In this document: positions 8,692-16,076 of the stretch, piece after piece | Position numbering within the stretch: position 1 is the stretch's first letter | Layout of the letters: each line of letters starts with the position of its first letter | Origin: an uncultured Candidatus Binatia bacterium | Lineage (GTDB): Bacteria > Desulfobacterota > Binatia > UBA9968 > JAJDTQ01 | Assembly: GCA_965215605.1 (NCBI GenBank) | Contig: OZ244070.1 | Span: 2,968,158-3,032,157 of the forward strand | Direction: 5' to 3' | DNA length: 64,000 nucleotides | The notes under the pieces: generated by a model | Seen by the model: only the letters and a program-made list of their open reading frames with translations | What the model was told of the DNA's origin: nothing | The model's database searches: none | Program-made: the position numbers and the translations under genes

Positions 8692-10167
8692 TCAGAGTGT
8701 ATCCGAAGCGGCGTGAGTCTTGCGCAGGGCCAGCGAGAAGCCCGGCTTGCGGATGTAGACTTGGGTGTACTCTTTCTGCTTCGTGAGTTCGTTGATGAGC
8801 CGCACCAGCGGCTGGCTCGCGCTCAGATACTCACGGGGCCGTCCGGCGTTCTGCAACTCCTCCACCGCCTCATCCCCCGCGAACACGCGTAGTATCAGCT
8901 CTTCATCGGAAATGGAGGAACTGCCGAGTTGCGCCCGCACCTCCGGCAGTGTCGGCTCCGGCTGCTGCCAGCCTTCCCAGTCCTTGGCCCGGGGCCGGCC
9001 GAGGATGCGGTCCTTGACGTCGGGGTCCATGAGCTCGGCGCCTTCCCGGCCCCAGATGCCCAGGGCGTACTGGATGGACTGGTCCGAGACCTGCTTGTAG
9101 CGTTCGCCGAGGATGATGTTGAAGGCCGCCTGGGTGCCGACGAACTGGGACAGCGGCGTCACCATGATGGGATAGCCCCACTCGGCGCGTATCCGCGCGG
9201 CCTCCTCCAGCGCCGCCGGCAGCTTGTCCTCCATACCCACCAGGCGGAGCTGGTGCACGAAGTTGGAGATCATGCCGCCGGGCACCTGGTGGGCGTAGAC
9301 GGACTGGTCGAAGGCCGCGGGCGCGCCCATCGGCAGCCGGTCCCGTTTGGCGACGAAGGTGAAGTGTTCCTTTACGGGCTTCAGCACCTCCTCGTCCACC
9401 GGCACCGTGTAACCCAGGGCCCGGAGGTTCTGCGCCATGTTGAAGACCGAAGGCTGGGCCGAGCCGTTGGCCAGAGGCGGCACGCCGGTGTGGATGGTGG
9501 TCATGCCGAGCTTGATGGCCTCGATGTAGTTGAGCGGCGCCAGTCCGTTGTTGCAGTGGGCGTGGAACTCCACCGGCGTGTCGCCGACGTTCTCCAGCAC
9601 GATGGGCACCAGGGTCCGCGTGCGCTCTGGAGTGAGCAGGCCGCCCACGTCCTTGAAGCAGATGCGGTAGGGATTCATGGCCGCGGCCTCCCGGGCCTTC
9701 CGCGCGTAGTATTCGTCGGTGTGTCTGGGCGACTCCGAGTAGATCAGGTTCACGACCGCGTCCACGCCCAGCCTGCCCAGCTCGTCCACGTCGTCCTTGA
9801 ACACGGTGTAGTCGTTCCAGGGATTCGACGTGCGGGTCAGCCGGATGCCGCTGTCCACCACGTGCTGGACCACGAGCCGCGCCACCGCCGTGGGCTTCTT
9901 CTCCAGCCCGCCCTTCACGCCCCCGTGAAGCCGGAGCGGGGTGTTGCGCGCGCGCCGGGCACCCTCCCGCAGCCAGTGCCAAGGGTCCTCCTTGTGCTCG
10001 CGCACGTACTTCTTGATCATGGTGGCGCTGAAGAACTCCATGGACTCGAAGCCCGCCTCGTCCATGCGCTCGATGGCTTCGAGCATGGCCGCGGTCTTCA
10101 TGTTGAAAGCCCAGAGGCTCTGGTTGCCGTCGCGCAGCGTGGTGTCCACGAATCTAACGTCGCTCAT
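8692..10167 (-). CDS. Carboxyltransferase (transcarboxylase 5S / OadA / PycB-type HMGL-like plus PYC_OADA domains), no biotinyl domain; paralog A
   Basis: MSDVRFVDTTLRDGNQSLW, CFKDVGG, EFHAHCNNGLAP. ATG 10167 is preceded by GAGGAG. The 972-aa track ORF is an off-frame read-through of paralog B. Confidence 0.85.
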   Translation of the reverse strand: MSDVRFVDTTLRDGNQSLWAFNMKTAAMLEAIERMDEAGFESMEFFSATMIKKYVREHKEDPWHWLREGARRARNTPLRLHGGVKGGLEKKPTAVARLVVQHVVDSGIRLTRTSNPWNDYTVFKDDVDELGRLGVDAVVNLIYSESPRHTDEYYARKAREAAAMNPYRICFKDVGGLLTPERTRTLVPIVLENVGDTPVEFHAHCNNGLAPLNYIEAIKLGMTTIHTGVPPLANGSAQPSVFNMAQNLRALGYTVPVDEEVLKPVKEHFTFVAKRDRLPMGAPAAFDQSVYAHQVPGGMISNFVHQLRLVGMEDKLPAALEEAARIRAEWGYPIMVTPLSQFVGTQAAFNIILGERYKQVSDQSIQYALGIWGREGAELMDPDVKDRILGRPRAKDWEGWQQPEPTLPEVRAQLGSSSISDEELILRVFAGDEAVEELQNAGRPREYLSASQPLVRLINELTKQKEYTQVYIRKPGFSLALRKTHAASDTL

Positions 10168-10175
10168 GGATCTCC

Positions 10176-11663
10176 TCAGGCGGCGGCCTCGTCCGCCGCG
10201 TCTCCGTCGGCGTTCCGTCCCAGGGTGAGGGAGAAGCCGGGCTTGCGGATGTAGACCTGGGTGTATTCCTGCTGCCGGGTGAGCTCGTTGACGAGCCGCA
10301 CCAGCGGCTGGCTCGCGCTCAGGTACTCCCGGGGCCGGCCGGCGTTCTGCAGCGCCTCCACCGCCTCGTCCCCCGCGTACACCCGCATGATCAGTTCCTC
10401 GTCGGACATGGACGGGCCACCGAGCTGCGCCCGGACCTCCTCGAGCGACGGGTCGGGCTGCTCCCAGTTCTCCCAGGCCCTGGCCCGCGGCCGCCCCAGG
10501 ATGCGGTCCTTCACGTCCGGGTCCATGTACTCGGCGCCCTGCCGGCCCCAGATGCCCAGGGCGTACTGGATGGACTGGTCGGTGACCTGCTTGTAGCGCT
10601 CGCCCATGATGACGTTGATGGCCGCCTGGGTGCCGACGAACTGGGACAGCGGCGTCACCATGATGGGATAGCCCCACTCGGCACGCACACGCGCGGCCTC
10701 CTCCAGCGCCGCCGGCAGCTTGTCCTCCATGCCCACCATGCGGAGCTGGTGCACGAAGTTGGAGATCATGCCGCCGGGCACCTGGTGGGCATAGACGGAC
10801 TGGTCGAAGGCCGCGGGCGCGCCCATGGGCAGCCCGTCCCTTTTGGCCACGAAGGTGAAATGCTCCCGCACCGGCTTGAGCGCTTCCTCGTCCACCTCTA
10901 CCGTGTGGCCCATGGCGCGCACGTTCCTGAGCATGTTGAAGATCGAGGGCTGGGCCGAACCGTTGGCCAGGGGCGGCACGCTGGTGTGGATGGTGGTCAT
11001 GCCGAGCTTGATGGCTTCCAGGTAGTTGAGCGGCGCCAGCCCGTTGTTGCAGTGGGCGTGGAACTCCACCGGGATGTCGCCGATGTTTTCCAGCACGATG
11101 GGCACCAGCGTGCGGGTGCGTTCCGGAGTCAGCATTCCGCCCACGTCCTTGAAGCAGATGCGGTAGGGCTTCAGGGCGGCGGCTTCCCGGGCCTTCTGGG
11201 CGTAGTACTCGTCGGTGTGCCGCGGCGATACCGAGTAGATGATGTTCGCCACGGCATCCATGCCGAGCTCGCGCAGGTCGTCCACCTCCTGCTTGAACAC
11301 CGAGTAGTCGTTCCACGGGTTGGAGTTGCGCGTCAGACGGATGCCGTTGTCCACCAGGTGACTGACCACCAGCTTGGCCACCGACGTGGGCTTCTTCTCC
11401 AGCCCGCCCCGGATGCTGCCGTGCATCCGCAGCGGGGTGTTGCGGGCGCGCCGTGTGCCTTCCCGGATCCAGCGCCACGGGTTCTCCTTGTGCTCGCGCA
11501 CGTACTTCTTGATCATGGTGGCGCTGAAGAACTCCATGGACTCGAAGCCCGCCCGGTCCATGCCCTCGATGGCCTCCAGCATGGCCCCGGTCCTCATGTT
11601 GTAGGCCCACAGGCTCTGGTTGCCGTCCCGCAGCGTGGTGTCCACGAAAGTGACGTCGCTCAT
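10176..11663 (-). CDS. Carboxyltransferase (5S/OadA-type), paralog B
   Basis: MSDVTFVDTTLRDGNQSLW, CFKDVGG, EFHAHCNNGLAP. Its stop lies 8 nt upstream of the paralog A start. Confidence 0.85.
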   Translation of the reverse strand: MSDVTFVDTTLRDGNQSLWAYNMRTGAMLEAIEGMDRAGFESMEFFSATMIKKYVREHKENPWRWIREGTRRARNTPLRMHGSIRGGLEKKPTSVAKLVVSHLVDNGIRLTRNSNPWNDYSVFKQEVDDLRELGMDAVANIIYSVSPRHTDEYYAQKAREAAALKPYRICFKDVGGMLTPERTRTLVPIVLENIGDIPVEFHAHCNNGLAPLNYLEAIKLGMTTIHTSVPPLANGSAQPSIFNMLRNVRAMGHTVEVDEEALKPVREHFTFVAKRDGLPMGAPAAFDQSVYAHQVPGGMISNFVHQLRMVGMEDKLPAALEEAARVRAEWGYPIMVTPLSQFVGTQAAINVIMGERYKQVTDQSIQYALGIWGRQGAEYMDPDVKDRILGRPRARAWENWEQPDPSLEEVRAQLGGPSMSDEELIMRVYAGDEAVEALQNAGRPREYLSASQPLVRLVNELTRQQEYTQVYIRKPGFSLTLGRNADGDAADEAAA

Positions 11664-11673
11664 GCGTTCGTCC

Positions 11674-13161
11674 TCAGACCGCGGCCCCGCCGGCCGTGTC
11701 TCCGTTGGCGCTCCGTCCCAGGGTGAGGGAGAACCCCGGCTTGCGGATGTACACCTGGGTGTATTCCTTCTGTTTGGTCAGCTCGTTGATGAGCCGCACC
11801 AGCGGCTGCCGCGCGCTCAGGTATTCCCGCGGCCGGCCGGACTCCATCATGGTCTTGACCTCGTCCACGCCGGCGTAGACCCGCAGTACCAGCTCCTCGT
11901 CCGAGATCGAGGGTCCGCCCAACTGGGACCGGAGCTCCGCCAGCGACGGCTCGGGCTGCTCCCATTCGGTCCACGCCTTGGCCCGGGGCCGGCCCAGGAT
12001 CTTGTCCTTGACGTCGGGGTCCATGAGTTCGGCGCCCTCGCGGCCCCAGATGCCCAGGGCGTACTGGATGGACTGGTCCGCCACCTCCTTGTAGCGCTCT
12101 CCGAGGATGACGTTGAAGGCCGCTTGGGTGCCCACGAACTGGGACAGGGGCGTCACCATGATGGGGTAGCCCCACTCGGCGCGCACCCGGGCGGCCTCCT
12201 CCAGGGCCGCCGGCAGCTTGTCCTCCATGCCCACGAGCTTGAGCTGGTGCACGAAGTTGGAGATCATGCCGCCGGGCACCTGGTGCAGGTACTGCCCGTG
12301 GTTGTATTCCACGGGCTTGCCGATGGGGAGCCCGTCGCGCTTGGCCACGTAGGTGAAGTGCTCCTCCACCGGCCGCAGCGCCTCCTCGTTCACCAGTGGC
12401 GTATGGCCCGTGGCGCGGATGTTCCGCACCATGTTGAAGATGGAGGGCTGCGCCGACGCGTTGGCCAGCGGCGGCACGCTGGTGTGGATGGTGGTCATGC
12501 CGAGTTCGATGGCCTCCAGGTAGTTGAGAGGCGCCAGGCCGTTGTTGCAGTGGGCGTGGAACTCCACCGGGGTGTCGCCGATGTTCTCAAGCACCAGCGG
12601 CACCAGGGAGCGGGTGCGCTCGGGGGTGAGCAGCCCGCCCACGTCCTTGAAGCAGATGCGGTAGGGCTTGATGGCCGCGGCTTCCCGCGCCTTCTGGGCA
12701 TAGTACTCGTCGGTGTGACGCGGCGACACCGAGTAGATCAGGTTCGCCACCGTCTCCATCCCCAGCTCGCGCAACCCCTTCACCTCTTCGCCGAAGACCT
12801 CGTAGTCGTTCCAGGAGTTGGAGGTGCGCGTGAGCGTGATGCCGCTGTCCACCACCTTCTGGATGATGAGCTTCAGGATCGACGCCGGCTTCTTCTCAAG
12901 CCCTCCCTTGAGTCCGCCGTGGAGCCGCAGCTCGGTCTTGCGGAGCCGCTTGGTGCCCTCCCGCAGCCACTCCCAGGGGTTCTCCTTGTGCTCCCGGACG
13001 TACTTCTTGAACATGTTGGTAACGAAGAACTCCATGGACTCGAAGCCCGCCTGGTCCATCTGCTCGGCGGTCTCCACCATGGCCGCCGTCTTCATGTTGA
13101 GCGCCCAAAGGCTCTGGTTGCCGTCCCGGAGGGTCGTATCGATGAATCGGATCTCGCTCAT
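11674..13161 (-). CDS. Carboxyltransferase (5S/OadA-type), paralog C
   Basis: MSEIRFIDTTLRDGNQSLW at ATG 13161. It carries the same catalytic motifs. Its stop lies 10 nt upstream of the paralog B start. Confidence 0.85.
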   Translation of the reverse strand: MSEIRFIDTTLRDGNQSLWALNMKTAAMVETAEQMDQAGFESMEFFVTNMFKKYVREHKENPWEWLREGTKRLRKTELRLHGGLKGGLEKKPASILKLIIQKVVDSGITLTRTSNSWNDYEVFGEEVKGLRELGMETVANLIYSVSPRHTDEYYAQKAREAAAIKPYRICFKDVGGLLTPERTRSLVPLVLENIGDTPVEFHAHCNNGLAPLNYLEAIELGMTTIHTSVPPLANASAQPSIFNMVRNIRATGHTPLVNEEALRPVEEHFTYVAKRDGLPIGKPVEYNHGQYLHQVPGGMISNFVHQLKLVGMEDKLPAALEEAARVRAEWGYPIMVTPLSQFVGTQAAFNVILGERYKEVADQSIQYALGIWGREGAELMDPDVKDKILGRPRAKAWTEWEQPEPSLAELRSQLGGPSISDEELVLRVYAGVDEVKTMMESGRPREYLSARQPLVRLINELTKQKEYTQVYIRKPGFSLTLGRSANGDTAGGAAV

Positions 13162-13275
13162 GGGGTCTCCCGAATGAAAACTGGTGCGGTGTTCCATATT
13201 GGCCGGTGTTGTTGCATACCGGCCAGTGTCAACTGCTCATAGTGGCGTGAATGCGGAAACGGGTCAAGGCGGCCC

Positions 13276-14634
13276 TTGAACCCCCCAGGGAAGGAATACG
13301 CGGTGGCAACACAGGAAACTCTTCCGGTGGAGGAACGCCTCGTCGCGCTGCTTCGGCGCCTGGGCATCGGCAAGGCCCACGTAGCGGCCTACCTGCCCGG
13401 TGACTGGAGCGGGTTGCTGGAACGGCACCCGTCGACGGTGGCGTCGCTGACCCTGATATGCCCACGGGGCATGAGGACCGACGTGCTGCGTCCCCATGCC
13501 GGGCGGCTGCTCATCGTGTCGGGCGACGGGGGCAACGTCGTGGCCGACCTGATGCGTGCGGTGGACGGGCTTCCCGGCGCCGCCCTGACCATGTTGCGGG
13601 ACTACTTCAGCCCCATGTGGGCCGACGTCATGGCGGACCGCACCGGCGAGGTCGAGTCGGCCATGCTGGATTTCCTATCGCTGCGGGACAAGGAGGGTCC
13701 GCTTCCACGCGTGCAACTCCCCGAAGGGGAGGGAGAGGAGGCCGGCGTCTCCTACACGGTGCGGGGCTCGGGGCCGCCGCTGCTGCTGTTTCCGCTGGGG
13801 TTGGCAGCTTCGCAGTGGGACCCGGTGCTGCCGGCGCTCGCCGAGCGCTATACCACCATCACCCTGGGCGGCGCGTATCTGGGCATGGTGGCGTTCCTGG
13901 AAACCCGCGGCCCCGGATACCTCCGGGCGGTGCGGGGCGTGGTGGACGAGGTCGGCCTGGAGCCCGGTCAGACCGTCCTGGAGGTGGGCTGCGGTGCCGG
14001 CACGGTGGCGCGCTGGCTGGCCCGCTACACCGGGAAGCGCAATCCCATCGTGGGTGCGGACATCAACCACTATCTGCTTCGCGAGGCCGCGAAGCTGGCG
14101 GCGGGCGAGGGACTCGATGGCGTCATCGAGTGGCAAAGCGCCAACGGCGAGGAGTTGCCGTTTGCCGACGGGCGGTTCGACGCCACGCTGGCCTTCACGG
14201 TCATGGAAGAGGGGGCCGCCGACGCCATGCTGGCGCAGTTCGCGCGGGTCACCCGGCCCGGCGGCAAGGTGGCGGTGATCGTCCGCTCCCTGGACATGCC
14301 CTGGTGGGTCAACCTGCAGCTGCGGCCGGAGCTCAAGCACAAGGCCCAGACTGGCTACGGCGACGTGGTGGAGGGCGGCTGCGCGGACGCGAGCCTCTAC
14401 GAACGCATGGAACGGGCCGGGCTCGTGGACGTGGTCATGCTGCCGCAGTATGCCACCTACGCGTCGGGGGAGCGGCTGCAACAGCAGCAGGAACGCATGG
14501 CCAGCCGGCTGACCCCCGAGGAAGCGGGGGAGTGGCGTGATGCCATCGCCGCCGCCGGCAACCAGTTCTTCATCTCTCAGCCGTTCCACTCGGCGGTGGG
14601 AAGGGTCAAGCCGGCATCTTCGCCGGGTGGTTGA
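13276..14634 (+). CDS. Fusion protein: degenerate alpha/beta-hydrolase-like N-terminal region plus class I SAM-dependent methyltransferase
   Basis: The C-terminal half has SAM motif I, VLEVGCGAGTVARWL, followed by ADIN and PGGKVAVIV. The N-terminal half has ABH-like segments (GSGPPLLLFPLGLAASQWDPVLPALAERY) but no GxSxG. The start codon is uncertain (TTG 13276 or GTG 13303). Confidence 0.7.
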   Translation: MNPPGKEYAVATQETLPVEERLVALLRRLGIGKAHVAAYLPGDWSGLLERHPSTVASLTLICPRGMRTDVLRPHAGRLLIVSGDGGNVVADLMRAVDGLPGAALTMLRDYFSPMWADVMADRTGEVESAMLDFLSLRDKEGPLPRVQLPEGEGEEAGVSYTVRGSGPPLLLFPLGLAASQWDPVLPALAERYTTITLGGAYLGMVAFLETRGPGYLRAVRGVVDEVGLEPGQTVLEVGCGAGTVARWLARYTGKRNPIVGADINHYLLREAAKLAAGEGLDGVIEWQSANGEELPFADGRFDATLAFTVMEEGAADAMLAQFARVTRPGGKVAVIVRSLDMPWWVNLQLRPELKHKAQTGYGDVVEGGCADASLYERMERAGLVDVVMLPQYATYASGERLQQQQERMASRLTPEEAGEWRDAIAAAGNQFFISQPFHSAVGRVKPASSPGG

Positions 14635-14661
14635 CAGGCGCGTCCGGATACACCATATGCT
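14631..14661 (+). promoter_or_regulatory. Possible sigma70-type promoter for the M23 peptidase gene
   Basis: Perfect TTGACA at 14631-14636, followed 17-19 nt later by the AT-rich CATATGCT. Such a site is rare in this GC-rich DNA. No experimental support. Confidence 0.3.
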
Positions 14662-14708
14662 GTGGTCGTGTCGTTATTCACCACAATAGGAAGGACACGG
14701 CGCTGTTC

Positions 14709-15569
14709 GTGAGCGTGTCCGCGTCGCGAAGCCGCCGGGCGGCTACCTGGGCGGCGCTTGGTCTGTCGGCGCTTCTGGTCCTGCTGACGTCCGGCCCCAC
14801 TTGGTCCGCGGAAGCCGCCGTTCATCTGGAGGGCCCGAAGATACAGGGCGGCCTGGTGCGCGGACGCGTGGCGCCGGGTTCCACCGTGAAATTCGAGGGC
14901 GAGCGGGTTCGGGTCTCGAAGGACGGCTGGTTCCTCATCGGGTTCGGGCGCGACGCGCCGCCGAAAGCCGTGCTGTCGGTGACCTTTCCGGACGGCCGCA
15001 GCCAGCACTACGGTCTGGCGGTGAAGCCCCGCAAATACCGCATCCAGCGTATCGATGGTCTGCCGTCGCGCAAGGTGACCCCCAATGAGGAAGACCTCAG
15101 GCGCATCCGCAAGGAGGTCGCCCTGGTGAGGCGGGCGCGCAAGGTGGACGACGCGCGGACGGACTTCCTCGGCGGCTTTCACTGGCCGGTGAAGGGCAGG
15201 ATCAGCGGCGTCTACGGCTCCCAGCGCGTCCTGAACGGCGAGCCGCGCCGGCCCCACTACGGCATCGACATCGCCGCGCCCAAGGGCACCCGGGTGATGG
15301 CACCCGCCGCCGGCGTGGTCACCCTCGTCCACCGCGACATGTACTTCTCCGGCGGCACCATGATCGTCGACCACGGCCACGGCCTCTCGTCCGCGTTCCT
15401 CCACCTGTCGCGCATCCTCGTGAAGAAAGGCCAGCGGGTGAAGCAGGGACAGCCCATCGCCGAGGTCGGCTCCACCGGCCGCTCCACCGGCCCTCATCTC
15501 GACTGGCGCATCAACCTGTTCGGCCGCCGCCTGGACGCGGCGCTACTGGTGGGGCCGATGCCCAAGTGA
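14709..15569 (+). CDS. M23-family (LytM-domain) peptidase with signal peptide
   Basis: HYGIDIAAPKGTRVMAPAAGVV..DHGHGLSSAFLHLS..GSTGRSTGPHLDWR. The signal is AATWAALGLSALLVLLTSGPTWSAEA. The start is tentative at GTG 14709; the track ORF starts at TTG 14631. Confidence 0.85.
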   Translation: MSVSASRSRRAATWAALGLSALLVLLTSGPTWSAEAAVHLEGPKIQGGLVRGRVAPGSTVKFEGERVRVSKDGWFLIGFGRDAPPKAVLSVTFPDGRSQHYGLAVKPRKYRIQRIDGLPSRKVTPNEEDLRRIRKEVALVRRARKVDDARTDFLGGFHWPVKGRISGVYGSQRVLNGEPRRPHYGIDIAAPKGTRVMAPAAGVVTLVHRDMYFSGGTMIVDHGHGLSSAFLHLSRILVKKGQRVKQGQPIAEVGSTGRSTGPHLDWRINLFGRRLDAALLVGPMPK

Positions 15570-15608
15570 AATTTGGAAGGTGACGAGAGGAAGCAGTTGC
15601 GTTACACG

Positions 15609-16076
15609 CTATAAATGGAGCGCTTTGGTCAGCGGGTCTCCACACTTGATCAGCACGGTAACCTTTCGTTGTCCTCGCAGTTGGATTTTTCTGGAGCGAA
15701 GCACCTTGAGGTCGTTTCTGTGGATGGTCTTGCCGTGCGCCAGGACCGGCACGAAGTGGAACGATATTCCCTCCGGGAGCCAGTTGTGAGCCGAGTCCGT
15801 GCCCCCCTCAAGTTGTTCCAACACCTCAGCGGCTTTCAGTCCACCGCTCTTCAACTCGATGGGCGCTATCCAGGTGGCGTCGCCTCTTTCTCCGAGGAAG
15901 AGGTAGTCACACCGTTTCTGTTGGCGCGGGAGTTCCAGCCCGTCGCAGTCCATGTCCACCAAGAGACGTGTCTCCGGTGCGCCCTTCAGGTCCACCCGGC
16001 ATCTGTCCTTGTTGCAGTGAATGGCATGACAGCAACCGGGAACGCGGCCGGCCACCGCCGCCACCGTTCCACTCAT
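15609..16076 (-). CDS. Hypothetical 155-aa protein; Cys/His cluster plus PD-(D/E)xK-like nuclease motif (candidate effector)
   Basis: ATG 16076 overlaps the ATPase stop (ATGA at 16073-16076). It has GCCHAIHCNKDRC near the N-terminus, then CDYLFLGERGDATWIAPIELKSG (D57...E74-x-K76). G+C is low, about 50-52% in counted lines. Confidence 0.7.
   Translation of the reverse strand: MSGTVAAVAGRVPGCCHAIHCNKDRCRVDLKGAPETRLLVDMDCDGLELPRQQKRCDYLFLGERGDATWIAPIELKSGGLKAAEVLEQLEGGTDSAHNWLPEGISFHFVPVLAHGKTIHRNDLKVLRSRKIQLRGQRKVTVLIKCGDPLTKALHL

Noticed and set aside
8692-11610. 972-aa ORF in the supplied track, suggesting a giant fused carboxyltransferase
   Set aside because: Only its C-terminal 491 residues are the real paralog A, from MSDVRFVDTTLRDGNQ at ATG 10167 with an SD. 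The N-terminal 480 residues are an Arg/Gly/Pro/Ala-rich off-frame read of paralog B, typical of stop-poor high-GC DNA.
8692-13161. Periodic about 1.5-kb repetition that could be mistaken for a repeat array or CRISPR-like structure
   Set aside because: The repeat unit is a full protein-coding gene. The copies are diverged mostly at synonymous or conservative positions, and there are no short repeat-spacer units. No CRISPR array was seen anywhere in the window.
15570-15610. Searched for direct repeats or att-like duplications flanking the low-GC islet (compared 15570-15610 with 17627-17745)
   Set aside because: Only a weak resemblance was found (TGACGAGAGG vs TGACGGAGCT). This is not enough to claim a target-site duplication, and no integrase or tRNA lies nearby.
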